This document shows positions 19,230 to 29,105 of a stretch of 32,000 nucleotides of DNA, piece after piece (the first letter of the stretch is position 1; every line of letters begins with the position of its first letter). The DNA lies in assembly GCA_964510585.1 (NCBI GenBank), contig CAZECW010000188.1, positions 1-32,000 on the forward strand, written 5' to 3'. Position numbers and translations under genes: made by a program. Below the pieces are notes generated by a model, which was not told the DNA's origin, did no database searches, and worked only from the letters and a program-made list of their open reading frames with translations. This stretch comes from an uncultured archaeon. Lineage in GTDB: Archaea; Asgardarchaeota; Jordiarchaeia; Jordiarchaeales; Jordiarchaeaceae.

Positions 19230-19996
19230 GTTATGAGCCAAGAATAGTTGGGTTTTTGTGCAATTGGTGTGCCTACTCAGCCGCAGACTTAGCTGGCATG
19301 AGTAGAATTAGTTACCCTCCAACCATACGTATTGTGAGGTTGATGTGTAGTGGCAGAATTGACCCAGTAATCATAGTGGACACTCTCGCTAATGGCGCCG
19401 ATGGAGTTTTAATTGCAGGATGCCTTCCGGGTGATTGCCACTACGTGGAGGGCAACCTCAACGCAGAAGTTAGAATAAAGATTTTGAAAAATTTGATAGC
19501 CAAAACTGGATTGGAGCCAGAAAGATTACGTCTGGAATGGATCCCAGCTTCGGGTGGAACTCTTTTTGCAGAGGTCGTCAAAGACTTCACAAACCAGTTA
19601 ACCTCCTTGGGCCCATCACCTCTAGCTGGAGAGAACCCGGACAAAAACATACTAGAACTATTGGCAGTGGTCAGGGACACTGTTGCCGATGTACGTTTAC
19701 GAGAACTGGTAGGCAAGAAGAGACAAATTACTGAGAAAGGAAACGTATACGGAGAAGTGATATCTAAGGAAGAGTTTGAGAAGAGACTAACTGATTACAT
19801 TGATGACGAATTTGACCGACATAAAATACTCCGTATGGTAAAAGAACGCTCCCTATCAGTTAGGGAGCTATCTGAAAGACTGAATCTGAGCCCCCAAAGG
19901 GTGTTGCGCCACATTGCAGCTATGCGTCGGAAAAACCTGGTGGCAGTTGAAAGAATTGAGGGAGTGTCCCCTCTATACACGGCTTTGGAGGTGTGA
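19226..19996 (+). CDS. mvhD: MvhD-like [2Fe-2S] domain fused to a helical plus winged-helix C-terminal domain
   Basis: aa 1-133: FLCNWC, MCSGR, GCLPGDCHY. aa ~198-252: ILRMV..RSLSVRELSERLNLSPQRVLRHIAAMRRKNLV, a wHTH pattern. Confidence 0.88.
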   Translation: MSYEPRIVGFLCNWCAYSAADLAGMSRISYPPTIRIVRLMCSGRIDPVIIVDTLANGADGVLIAGCLPGDCHYVEGNLNAEVRIKILKNLIAKTGLEPERLRLEWIPASGGTLFAEVVKDFTNQLTSLGPSPLAGENPDKNILELLAVVRDTVADVRLRELVGKKRQITEKGNVYGEVISKEEFEKRLTDYIDDEFDRHKILRMVKERSLSVRELSERLNLSPQRVLRHIAAMRRKNLVAVERIEGVSPLYTALEV

Positions 19997-22900
19997 ATAT
20001 GGAGGATAAGGTCGGAGCGGTACTAGTTGTGGGAGGCGGAATAGCAGGAATCCAAGCCGCACTTGATTTGGGAGACTCCGGCTTCAAAGTCTACTTGATG
20101 GATGAGACGCCCTCAATTGGAGGTGTAATGGCTCAGCTGGATAAGACCTTCCCCACAAATGATTGCGCTATGTGTATTCTCGCACCAAAGCTGGTTGGTT
20201 GCGGAAGACACCCCAACATTCAACTTTTAACTAACGCCTCCATAAAGGGAGTCGAAGGCAGCGCAGGCCACTTCAAAGTCACCATCACTAAGAGACCCAG
20301 ACGTGTTAATGAGAGTAAGTGCACTGGGTGCGGTGTGTGTGCCAGATGGTGCCCTGTTGAGGCTATCGACGAGTTCAATGAAGGACTGAGTAATCGGGGA
20401 GGAATATTCGTTAGGTACCCACAGGCAGTTCCCTTAATATACTCAATTGATAAAGAGAAATGTATAGGATGTGGGATATGTAGCGAGGTGTGCAGGGCGA
20501 AGGCAATCGAATATGAGCAGGAGGAGCAAGACCTAGTTTTGGATGTGGGCTCCATAATACTTGCACCTGGATTTGAGGAATTTGAGGCGGAAGCCCTCCA
20601 GGAATATGGTTATGGACGCTTCCCTAATGTGGTTTCAAGTATAGAGTTTGAACGCATCCTTAGTGCTTCTGGACCCTATGGCGGTTTAGTCATCCGCCCC
20701 TACGATGGGGATATTCCCAAAAATATTGCGTTTATTCAGTGTGTTGGCTCTCGTGACACCCGTCTGGGAAACAGTTACTGCTCCGCTGTGTGCTGTATGT
20801 TTGCAATTAAGGAAGCGGTGATTGCTAAGGAACATACTCAGACCCCCTTGGATTGCACCATATTTTTCATAGATATGCGTTCCTACGGAAAGGAGTTCGA
20901 CGGCTACTATAAGAGGGCTGAGGAAGAATATGGAGTGAGATTTGTTAGATCTAGGGTTGCTAGCATAGAGGAGATACCCAAGTCACACAATCTTCTTGTG
21001 AAGTATATTGAAGACGGTGAGCCCAAGGAGGAAGAATTTGACCTTGTGGTACTCTCAGTTGGAATGAAACCACCTAGAAATGCCCGGGAAATAGCGGAAA
21101 AACTGGGAATAGAACTTAACGAGTATGGGTTCTGCAAAACAGGCGAGTTTACCCCACTTGAAAGCTCGGTGCCAGGTATCTATGTTTGTGGAGCATTCTC
21201 TTCCCCCAAGGACATTCCGGACAGTGTAGCACAAGCAAGCGGCGCCGCCGCCAAAGCGGGAAGCATCATATCCCCGGCGAGGGGAAAACTAATCTCTAGA
21301 AAGCAGTATCCACCTGAGAAAAACGTGGAGGGGAAGGAGCCTCGAATTGGAGTGTTTGTTTGTCACTGTGGGATAAATATTGGTGGAGTAGTTGACGTGC
21401 CCAGAGTAGTGGAGTATGCTAAAACACTTCCAAATGTGGTATACGCGGAGCACAACCTTTACACTTGCTCTCAAGATACTGGTGCACGCATAGTGGAAGC
21501 CATAAAGGAACATGACCTTAACCGCGTTGTGGTGGCATCATGTACCCCAAGAACACATGAACCCCTCTTCAGAGACACAATTAGGGAAGGGGGGTTAAAC
21601 CCCTACCTCTTTGAAATGGCAAACATAAGGGATCAATGCTCCTGGGTACACATGCTTGAGCCTGAGAAGGCAACACAGAAAGCCATAGATCTAGTGAGGA
21701 GTGCTGTGGCAAAAGCCAGACTACTTAAACCCCTTCAAAAACCAATGATAAAGATTATACCCGCGGGTCTAGTGATTGGTGGGGGATTATCGGGAATGAC
21801 TGCGGCTTTGGAACTTGCAGAACAAGGATTCGAGGTACACTTGGTGGAGAAAGAGAAACAGCTTGGAGGAAATCTCCGTAGAATAAAATTCCTTCTCAAC
21901 AGCGACAAACCCAGCGAAAGACTCGAATCTTTAATAAGAAGAGTAGAAGAGAACGGGAAAATACATGTTTACACAGAAGCGGAAGTTGTGGGTGTTGAGG
22001 GATATGTTGGAAACTTTAAGACAACTATAATAGCCAACGGGGAGAGAAGGGAGATTCAGCATGGGGTAATAATTGTAGCTACGGGTGGGACTGAGTATAA
22101 ACCCATTGAGTATTTTTATGGAATGGATGACCGGGTACTAACCCAGTTAGAATTGGAGGAAAAGTTGGCAAACGGGGGGTTCAGCGCGGATACAGTGGTT
22201 ATGATACAGTGTATTGGCTCAAGAAATGGTGAACACCCGAGCTGCTCCAGAGTTTGTTGTTCCAGTGCAATTAAGAACGCTTTAAAAATTAAGGAGTTAA
22301 ATCCAAAAACAGAGGTCTATGTGCTTTATAGAGATATAAGAACTTATGGTTTCCGGGAGAAATATTATCAGGAAGCTCAGAGGAGGGGAGTAATATTCAT
22401 TCGCTACGATGAAGATCACAAACCTGAGGTGACAAATGAGGGAACACTCAGGGTACTGGTCAGGGATCCCATCATCAAGAAGAAAATCGAAATCGAGCCC
22501 GACCTCATTGTATTAAGTGCGGGGATACATCCAAACCGCGATAACAAAAATTTGGCTCAAATGCTAAAAGTTCCCCTGAGCAAGGAGGGATTTTTCCTGG
22601 AGGCGCATATGAAGCTTCGCCCAGTTGATTTTGCCACAGAGGGAATTTTTCTCTGTGGGCTGGCACAGTCACCAAAATTCATAGATGAATGTATATCTCA
22701 AGCTTGTGGCGCAGCTGCTCGAGCCGCCACCATTCTATCCAAAGAAGCACTGGAAATAGAGGGGGCAATAGCTAAGGTTGACGAAGATCTCTGCGCTGCA
22801 TGTAAAGTCTGTGTATCTATCTGTGAGAGTGGAGCTGCGCAAATCGTGGAAAAGAATGGGAGGCGTGTTTCAAACATAATAGAAGCCCTCTGTAAGGGGT

Positions 22901-23004
22901 GTGGGCTTTGTAGCGCCGCCTGTCCCTCGGGAGCGATAACCATAGAGCATTTTAATGATAAACAGATTCTGGCTCAGATTAGAGCTTTGCTGGGAGGTGG
23001 ATAA
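19993..23004 (+). CDS. hdrA: Double-module HdrA (fused N-type and C-type halves, two FAD sites)
   Basis: Two GxGxxG motifs ([14 protein letters not shown]), PTNDCAMC, internal FVCHCG domain, C-terminal [11 protein letters not shown] and [12 protein letters not shown]. Start GTG 19993 or ATG 19999. Confidence 0.92.
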   Translation: MNMEDKVGAVLVVGGGIAGIQAALDLGDSGFKVYLMDETPSIGGVMAQLDKTFPTNDCAMCILAPKLVGCGRHPNIQLLTNASIKGVEGSAGHFKVTITKRPRRVNESKCTGCGVCARWCPVEAIDEFNEGLSNRGGIFVRYPQAVPLIYSIDKEKCIGCGICSEVCRAKAIEYEQEEQDLVLDVGSIILAPGFEEFEAEALQEYGYGRFPNVVSSIEFERILSASGPYGGLVIRPYDGDIPKNIAFIQCVGSRDTRLGNSYCSAVCCMFAIKEAVIAKEHTQTPLDCTIFFIDMRSYGKEFDGYYKRAEEEYGVRFVRSRVASIEEIPKSHNLLVKYIEDGEPKEEEFDLVVLSVGMKPPRNAREIAEKLGIELNEYGFCKTGEFTPLESSVPGIYVCGAFSSPKDIPDSVAQASGAAAKAGSIISPARGKLISRKQYPPEKNVEGKEPRIGVFVCHCGINIGGVVDVPRVVEYAKTLPNVVYAEHNLYTCSQDTGARIVEAIKEHDLNRVVVASCTPRTHEPLFRDTIREGGLNPYLFEMANIRDQCSWVHMLEPEKATQKAIDLVRSAVAKARLLKPLQKPMIKIIPAGLVIGGGLSGMTAALELAEQGFEVHLVEKEKQLGGNLRRIKFLLNSDKPSERLESLIRRVEENGKIHVYTEAEVVGVEGYVGNFKTTIIANGERREIQHGVIIVATGGTEYKPIEYFYGMDDRVLTQLELEEKLANGGFSADTVVMIQCIGSRNGEHPSCSRVCCSSAIKNALKIKELNPKTEVYVLYRDIRTYGFREKYYQEAQRRGVIFIRYDEDHKPEVTNEGTLRVLVRDPIIKKKIEIEPDLIVLSAGIHPNRDNKNLAQMLKVPLSKEGFFLEAHMKLRPVDFATEGIFLCGLAQSPKFIDECISQACGAAARAATILSKEALEIEGAIAKVDEDLCAACKVCVSICESGAAQIVEKNGRRVSNIIEALCKGCGLCSAACPSGAITIEHFNDKQILAQIRALLGGG

Positions 23005-23005
23005 T

Positions 23006-23434
23006 GTGGCGGAGTTCGAACCCAAAATAGTGGCTTTTTGCTGTAGCTGGTGTAGCTACGCCGGCGCCGATTTAGCGGGAGTGAGTAGGTTTCAGTATCC
23101 CACAAATGTTAAAATAATCAGGGTTATGTGCAGCGGCAGAATAGACCCTACATTTGTACTTGAAGCCTTCAAAAACGGTGCCGATGCAGTACTAGTGGCA
23201 GGATGCCACATACCATCTGATTGCCACTATTTAACAGGAAACTTGAGAGCCCAACGTAGAATTGCTCTGACCAGAAATCTTTTGAAGCAGCTCGGAATAG
23301 AGCCGGAACGGTTAAGGTTGGAGTGGATTTCTGCTTCGGAGGGGGACAAATTTGCGGCGGTTGTGAAGGAAATGACTCAAAGGATAAAGGAACTTGGCCC
23401 AAGCCCACTCAGTGGTGGAGGTGATGGAAAATGA
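23006..23434 (+). CDS. mvhD: MvhD/FlpD-like [2Fe-2S] subunit (copy 3)
   Basis: [37 protein letters not shown] 23006 follows GGAGGTGG. Confidence 0.93.
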   Translation: MAEFEPKIVAFCCSWCSYAGADLAGVSRFQYPTNVKIIRVMCSGRIDPTFVLEAFKNGADAVLVAGCHIPSDCHYLTGNLRAQRRIALTRNLLKQLGIEPERLRLEWISASEGDKFAAVVKEMTQRIKELGPSPLSGGGDGK

Positions 23435-23952
23435 CTGAAGAAGTCATCAAACTGTCAGAGGCTGATCGCCAATTCAAATATGAGCTCAGCCATATGCCGG
23501 AAATAGAGAACCTCATGCTCTGTATGCAGTGTGGGACGTGTACCGCGGATTGTCCTGTAGCTCGCTTCAGCGGGACATACAGGCCTCTTAAGATACTGAG
23601 AATGGTTCTTTTTGGGTTAAAATCGGATGTTCTTTCAGCTGGTGAACTTTGGCTTTGCGCTTCTTGTTACACTTGTACTGACCGCTGTCCGAGGGGTGTA
23701 AGGTTTTCCAGCTTATTGAGGGAGCTCAGAAATCTTGCTGTGAAGGAGGGATATATTCCAGATGGTTTTAGGGAATTGGCCTCTAACATTTTAGAAACGG
23801 GTTACGCTTACGAAATATCAGAGTCCAGAATGAAGAAGAGGGAGACTTTAGGGCTTCCTCCACTACCAAAGGCTAACCCCAAAAAGCTTGCTAGACTCGC
23901 AGAAATTGCTGGATTCCTAAAAAAGGCAAAAAAGGTGGATGGAGGGAAGTAA
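23431..23952 (+). CDS. hdrC: HdrC-like (copy 2)
   Basis: [12 protein letters not shown] and [17 protein letters not shown]. Confidence 0.9.
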   Translation: MTEEVIKLSEADRQFKYELSHMPEIENLMLCMQCGTCTADCPVARFSGTYRPLKILRMVLFGLKSDVLSAGELWLCASCYTCTDRCPRGVRFSSLLRELRNLAVKEGYIPDGFRELASNILETGYAYEISESRMKKRETLGLPPLPKANPKKLARLAEIAGFLKKAKKVDGGK

Positions 23953-24838
23953 AATTTCGGATTCAACTTACTTGCTGTATTTAGGCTGTCTAATTCCCTA
24001 TAGGGTTCCCAGCTATGAGGTTGCAGCGAGAAAGGTTCTTAGCAGGTTGGACGTCGAGTTAGTGGACATGCTCGAGTTTAACTGCTGCGGTCTCCCCATG
24101 GATCCCATTAGTCACGAGGTTATGATGGTTTTGGCTGCTTGGAACCTTTGTTTAGCGGAGAGGGAGGAACTTGACATATTGACTCTTTGTCCCGGCTGCA
24201 GTGGCACCCTCCACAAGGTGAACACCATCCTTAGAGAGGAGGAGAATGTTAGGGAAAAAATTAACAACTTCTTGAAAAGGGATGGAATGGAGTATAAGGG
24301 AAATATAGAAGTTAAACATCTGGTTCAGGTACTAGTGGAGAAGGTAGGCACTGAGAAACTTAAGGAAAAAATTGTAAAACCACATAAAGGTCTCAAAGTG
24401 GTGGAGCATTATGGCTGCCACATTCTGCGGCCAAAGGAGTACATGAAATTTGATGATTCTGAAAACCCCACAATTTTGAGACAATTGATTGAATCTACGG
24501 GAGCCACATGTCTGGATTACGTGAACAAAAGGGAGTGCTGCGGCTACCCAATCATGTCCATAGACGAAAAAATTCCTTTTCAACTAGCTGGAGACAAACT
24601 TAAGCACATGAAGGAAGTGGGGGCCGATGCCCTAATTACCATTTGTCCTTCCTGCTACCTGGCTTTTGACCTTAATCAGTCCCGAATAGAGAAACTTTTT
24701 GGTGAAAAATTTGAGCTCCCAGTGCTTCACTACCCTGAGCTTCTAGCGCTGGCTTTGGGAATTGAGCCAGACGAGCTGGCTTTAAATGATCACAGAGTTA
24801 GGGTTTCAAAAATATTGAAAAATGGTTCGGGAGGATAA
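23939..24838 (+). CDS. hdrB: HdrB-like (copy 2)
   Basis: YLGC / NCCG / CPGC and HYGCH / ECCG / CPSC. Confidence 0.9.
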   Translation: MEGSKISDSTYLLYLGCLIPYRVPSYEVAARKVLSRLDVELVDMLEFNCCGLPMDPISHEVMMVLAAWNLCLAEREELDILTLCPGCSGTLHKVNTILREEENVREKINNFLKRDGMEYKGNIEVKHLVQVLVEKVGTEKLKEKIVKPHKGLKVVEHYGCHILRPKEYMKFDDSENPTILRQLIESTGATCLDYVNKRECCGYPIMSIDEKIPFQLAGDKLKHMKEVGADALITICPSCYLAFDLNQSRIEKLFGEKFELPVLHYPELLALALGIEPDELALNDHRVRVSKILKNGSGG

Positions 24839-24845
24839 ACCCGCA

Positions 24846-25190
24846 ATGTCTGAAGATTTAAGAAAAAGACTGGAGGCGGCTGTTGGAGTTCTGGGAGATA
24901 TTCGTGTCAGATGGCTAATTGGGCGAAGCCAAGCCCTATTGGAATCAGGAACCATAACCAAAGAAGGGTTAGAGCAACTTATGAGGAAAATTATGAGAGA
25001 GGAGCTGGAAAGATGGCTTATTATGAATGAAATCGAAAGACAGGGACCACTATCAGTCAAAGACCTTTCCGGGGCAACCCGACTTCCAGAACAAACAGTG
25101 GTGAAGCACCTACTAGCTCTAAGAAGAAATGGGCGGATTACCTTCGCGGGTGAGAAAGAGAACATGCACCTATATGATTTGGTGAGATAA
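24846..25190 (+). CDS. Stand-alone helical plus winged-helix protein, paralog of the MvhD2 C-terminus
   Basis: D.R.R.L.G, EELERWLI, GPLSVKDLS..TRLPEQTVVKHLLALRRNGRI. ATG 24846 follows GGAGG. Confidence 0.8.
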   Translation: MSEDLRKRLEAAVGVLGDIRVRWLIGRSQALLESGTITKEGLEQLMRKIMREELERWLIMNEIERQGPLSVKDLSGATRLPEQTVVKHLLALRRNGRITFAGEKENMHLYDLVR

Positions 25191-25224
25191 AGCAGAGAAT
25201 AAAATTGAAGAGTGGTGATTCAAA

Positions 25225-25770
25225 ATGACTGAAGCAAATTCTTCTGATGAAAAGCAAACAGTCATCAAACTCCAAGATTTGGATACTAGTCTACAGGAGG
25301 AGATTAGCAAAATTCCGGGATGCGAAAAACTTATGCTCTGCTTCCAGTGTGGCACATGCAGTGCCGACTGTCCAGTTGGGAGACACCTCAATGAGTACAA
25401 GCCTAGGTTAATAGCTATGATGACCAAGCTTGGAATGAAGCAAGCGCTCTTTCAGGGAGATTTATTGTGGCTGTGCACCCAGTGTTACACGTGCCTTGAA
25501 CGTTGCCCCCAGAATGTGGAGCTGGCGGAGATAATTTCCGCTCTGCGAGGAATCGCGGCCAGGGAAGGTTACCTACATCCCTCTTTGAAGAAGGTTATTG
25601 AAGCCCTGGCCAATCATGGTTACATTTACGAGATAACTGAATTCATAGAGGAAGATAGGGAAATGAGGGAGCTCCCACCTGTTCCCAAAGTTAACATTGG
25701 CGAAGTTAGAAAAATTATGAGAATGACAGGAATAGACAAACTTGTAGGAATAGAACTGGAGGAGGACTAA
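25225..25770 (+). CDS. hdrC: HdrC-like (copy 3)
   Basis: CFQCGTCSADCP and LWLCTQCYTCLERCPQ. Confidence 0.9.
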   Translation: MTEANSSDEKQTVIKLQDLDTSLQEEISKIPGCEKLMLCFQCGTCSADCPVGRHLNEYKPRLIAMMTKLGMKQALFQGDLLWLCTQCYTCLERCPQNVELAEIISALRGIAAREGYLHPSLKKVIEALANHGYIYEITEFIEEDREMRELPPVPKVNIGEVRKIMRMTGIDKLVGIELEED

Positions 25771-25776
25771 AAATTT

Positions 25777-26643
25777 ATGAGGTACGCATTTTTTGTGGGG
25801 TGCACAACATTAGCCAGGCTTCCAAGCTACGAGGTTTCTACAAGAAAAGTAGCCGAGGCTTTGGGTGTGGAACTCTTGGATATGGAGGGAGCGGGATGTT
25901 GCGGAACCACTTATTTAAAATGTATAGAACCCAGAACGGCGCTTGCCTTGGCTGCTCGGAACATATCCATAGCGGAGGATATGGGGGTTAACATTGTCAC
26001 TTTGTGTAACGGTTGCACAGAGGTTCTCACAGATGCCAACAACACGCTAAAAGAAGAAGGGGAACTCAGAGAAGATGTGAACAGCATTCTTGCAGAGGTG
26101 GATCGGGAGTTTAGGGGGAAAGTGGAGGTTAAACATTTTGTGCGAATGTTTCTTGAGGATTTGGGAATCGATAAAATTCGCGCCCGTGTGTCAAACCCTC
26201 TGGAGGGTTTAAGAGTGGCGGTGCATTACGGATGCCACTTATTAAAGCCTTTCAAGATAATGAATTTTGATGACCCTGAAGACCCCACTTCCCTAGATGA
26301 ACTAGTCAACATTACGGGGGCAGTGAGTGTAGATTATCCGGGTAAGCTGGACTGTTGCTCCGCCCCACTGCTGACGATAAAACGAAGAAACGAGTTGGCC
26401 ACTGAAATAGCTAGGGAAAAACTATCAACAGTTAAGAAGTATGCCGATATAATGATTACCGTTTGCCCATTTTGCTACTTGATGTATGAGCAGAGTCAAA
26501 TGCCCCCAAACAATCCCATCGATATTCCCATAGTGCATTATTCTCAGCTCCTAGGTTTAGCGATGGGAATAGACTATCAAGATCTAGCCCTCAACGAAAA
26601 CCGCATAGACGCCTCGGTAATAAAAAATTTTCAAAATAGGTAA
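25777..26643 (+). CDS. hdrB: HdrB-like (copy 3)
   Basis: FVGC / GCCG / CNGC and HYGCH / DCCS / CPFC. Confidence 0.9.
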   Translation: MRYAFFVGCTTLARLPSYEVSTRKVAEALGVELLDMEGAGCCGTTYLKCIEPRTALALAARNISIAEDMGVNIVTLCNGCTEVLTDANNTLKEEGELREDVNSILAEVDREFRGKVEVKHFVRMFLEDLGIDKIRARVSNPLEGLRVAVHYGCHLLKPFKIMNFDDPEDPTSLDELVNITGAVSVDYPGKLDCCSAPLLTIKRRNELATEIAREKLSTVKKYADIMITVCPFCYLMYEQSQMPPNNPIDIPIVHYSQLLGLAMGIDYQDLALNENRIDASVIKNFQNR

Positions 26644-26818
26644 CGTTTTAAAAACTATACGGACACCGCCAACATCAAAACAACTTATTCAAAGGATGTA
26701 AGCTTATCATCGGTTAACCGTCTCTCCCCAAACCTGCTTTGTGACACTCTTCAGAAACAATATTTATTAGAAGTTTTGGAAAGGAATGGATGAAGTCGCA
26801 CAAGTATACGTATGGACT

Positions 26819-27343
26819 TTAAATTTTTTTGGTAGAGCTCTTCAAATTTTTTTCGCTTTTCAGGTTTGGCTTTTGCTCTCTTCTGAGGAAGTCTCCCAGG
26901 TCCAAAATGTTTTTTACCACTACGCCTTTTTCTGCTTCTTGAGGGTTTTGTTTTATCACGCCGAAGCCCAAACATTCACCATACTTGTTTAGGATTAATG
27001 TGTAATCGCCCTTTCTTGTTGAGCCCTCAACGCGTGTGATGCCTTCTTTGAATATGTCCCTTCCGCATATGAAAAGCCAAGCCGTCTTATCGTTTACGAA
27101 GATTTTGTTTTCGACTTTCTCGGCGATCATTGAAATTAGGGGAAAGCTTGGAAGGAAAAAGTCGTTTTTTAACTCTCCGAGCAGAACACCAGCATAATAA
27201 TATTTTCTGGGAATTCTAACAGCTAAATCTTTCAGAGTGTCGTTTAGCAGGAAGAATTTTTCACCCATCCAATCGATTAAAGATTCATTTAAGTCTATTT
27301 GTACGCCAAACTTTTCCAGGAAAAGTTTCAAGGGCTTCACCAA
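26819..27343 (-). CDS. nip7: NIP7-like ribosome biogenesis protein (PUA domain)
   Basis: YAGVLLGE, LPSFPL, AWLFICGRDIF, ILNKYGECLGFG, VKNILDLGDFLRRE. Confidence 0.85.
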   Translation of the reverse strand: MVKPLKLFLEKFGVQIDLNESLIDWMGEKFFLLNDTLKDLAVRIPRKYYYAGVLLGELKNDFFLPSFPLISMIAEKVENKIFVNDKTAWLFICGRDIFKEGITRVEGSTRKGDYTLILNKYGECLGFGVIKQNPQEAEKGVVVKNILDLGDFLRREQKPNLKSEKNLKSSTKKI

Positions 27344-27344
27344 T

Positions 27345-28232
27345 TTATCCCCCCGCTTTTCTTAGTTTGCATATGAAAAAGCCTTGGGTTTCTTCGCTTG
27401 GCCATATTCGTCTACAATTCTTTATCAGGCTGTCTAATTTTTCGCCAAAAATTTTTGTGGGAGATTCCTCGCCATAACACTTTATTGGTACTGTTTCGAG
27501 TTTGAGGTTTTCCACAGCCCAGTTTATGTTGAACTCATTTTCCTCCGGCTCCAGCGAGCATGTGGAATAAACTATTTCGCCGTCATCCTTGAGGATTTTT
27601 GCGGCTTCAGCTAAGATTTCCCTCTGCAACCTCACGTTCTTCCCAACGTCTGTAATTGTTCTCTTCTCAAACCATTGCTCGTCGGTGGCGAAGTTTCCGG
27701 AGCAAGGGACATCGAGAAGTATTCTGTCAAATTTTAAACCCAGTTTCGACGCCTGCGCCGCGTCCAAATGATATACAAGGGTGTTTTTTACTCTGCAGCG
27801 TTCCAGCTGGTTGGCAAGGGCGTTAAGCCTTCGCCTCTTAACATCCAAAGCCACTATAACCCCGGTGTTATCCATTAGATCGGCGAGCTGAATGGTTTTT
27901 CCACCGGGAGCTGCACAAGCATCCAGAACCACACTATATTTCAAGTCTGTGAAGAGTGTTGCGGGGATCTGCGCCGCTGCTTCCTGAATTGAGTAGTATC
28001 CCAAAAGATATTCAAATGTAGCCCCTATGCTGAACTCTGCCTCCGTAACCCAATAGCCATTTTCTAGGAATGGGATTTTCTCAAGCTTGAAACCCAAACC
28101 TTCAAGCCTATCAACAATGTTAACATCTTTAGCGTTCATGGTGTTTATCCTAATGGCTTGTTTTGGGGCGACTTCTCTAAACTGCCAACCCAACTCTCTG
28201 TAGCGACTGGTAAAAAACTCCTTCCCAGACAT
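27345..28232 (-). CDS. NOL1/NOP2/Sun (RsmB/RsmF) family RNA m5C methyltransferase
   Basis: YSIQEAA, VLDACAAPGGKT, DRILLDVPCSG, VYSTCSLEPEENE (both catalytic Cys), GFFICKL. Confidence 0.93.
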   Translation of the reverse strand: MSGKEFFTSRYRELGWQFREVAPKQAIRINTMNAKDVNIVDRLEGLGFKLEKIPFLENGYWVTEAEFSIGATFEYLLGYYSIQEAAAQIPATLFTDLKYSVVLDACAAPGGKTIQLADLMDNTGVIVALDVKRRRLNALANQLERCRVKNTLVYHLDAAQASKLGLKFDRILLDVPCSGNFATDEQWFEKRTITDVGKNVRLQREILAEAAKILKDDGEIVYSTCSLEPEENEFNINWAVENLKLETVPIKCYGEESPTKIFGEKLDSLIKNCRRIWPSEETQGFFICKLRKAGG

Positions 28233-28595
28233 TAAACCAACAAAGGCAGCAAGCTATTAAAAGCTTTGCGAATGTGAAGCTGAAGGAATGAAAATAATTT
28301 CGGAACCGGTTCAAGGCACGAAACTATTTAGTTATTGGGAAGGGAGAAAAATCTGTATTCCGTGTAGATATAGGTCTGTGGACTAACTTCGATGTGAAAA
28401 TATATTTTTCATAAAGGATTTTTTGGGTAGTCATCATAATTTTTGAGGCGTACCTTTTTTTGGGAAATGTTTATTTTTGTAAAAGGAAAGATTAGACACC
28501 AATTGGCTAGGGAAGTAATCAGAAACAATAAAAAAAGGGTAGAAATTATTTGTCCATGGATACCCGTCTGAAACATTTTGGACATGGTGGTGTGC

Positions 28596-29105
28596 ATGGC
28601 GGGAGCTGAAGCAGAAAAAACAGTTGTAGATGCGGAAAATCTGGACTCTTCATTTCTGAGAAAAGTAATTAAACATCCAGGCGGCGAACAGATTCTTGTC
28701 TGTTTCCAGTGTGGAGTCTGCAGCTCCAGCTGTCCTTTAAGACTGATAAATCCTGAGTATAATCCTAGAAAAATTGTGAAAAAAACCATTCTGGGTATGA
28801 AGGATCAAGTGCTTTCCAGCGATTTTGTCTGGTTCTGCGCGGATTGCAATGCATGTACCGAACGTTGCCCTCAGGGAGTTAATCCTTCTGAGGTTATGAA
28901 GGCTATTAAGAATGTGGCTGTGGAGGAGGGAATCGTTCCAGCGGCGATTAAGAAAATTGTGGAGAACTTAGAGAAGCATGGGAGGGTTTATCCCTTGGAA
29001 GAGTTTACTCAGGAGGAGAGGGAGATGCTGGATTTACCTGAACTTGAACCAGATGTTAAAATTTTCAAGATTGACAGAAAAAAACTGCTGGGTGAACATG
29101 CTTGA
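28596..29105 (+). CDS. hdrC: HdrC-like (copy 4)
   Basis: CFQCGVCSSSCP and VWFCADCNACTERCPQG. ATG 28596 after GGTGGTG is preferred over TTG 28578. Confidence 0.9.
   Translation: MAGAEAEKTVVDAENLDSSFLRKVIKHPGGEQILVCFQCGVCSSSCPLRLINPEYNPRKIVKKTILGMKDQVLSSDFVWFCADCNACTERCPQGVNPSEVMKAIKNVAVEEGIVPAAIKKIVENLEKHGRVYPLEEFTQEEREMLDLPELEPDVKIFKIDRKKLLGEHA

Noticed and set aside
23004-23030. TAATG-coupled ATG as the mvhD3 start
   Set aside because: Out of frame (MWRSSNPK*); GTG 23006 gives the MvhD N-terminus.
26751-26975. Very basic 74-aa ORF resembling a ribosomal protein
   Set aside because: Alternative frame over the A-rich 3' end of nip7; no SD or family signature.
28298-28323. GAACCGGTTC palindrome and GGTTCAAG T-loop-like string
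   Set aside because: No cloverleaf can be built; a single 10-bp palindrome is within chance.
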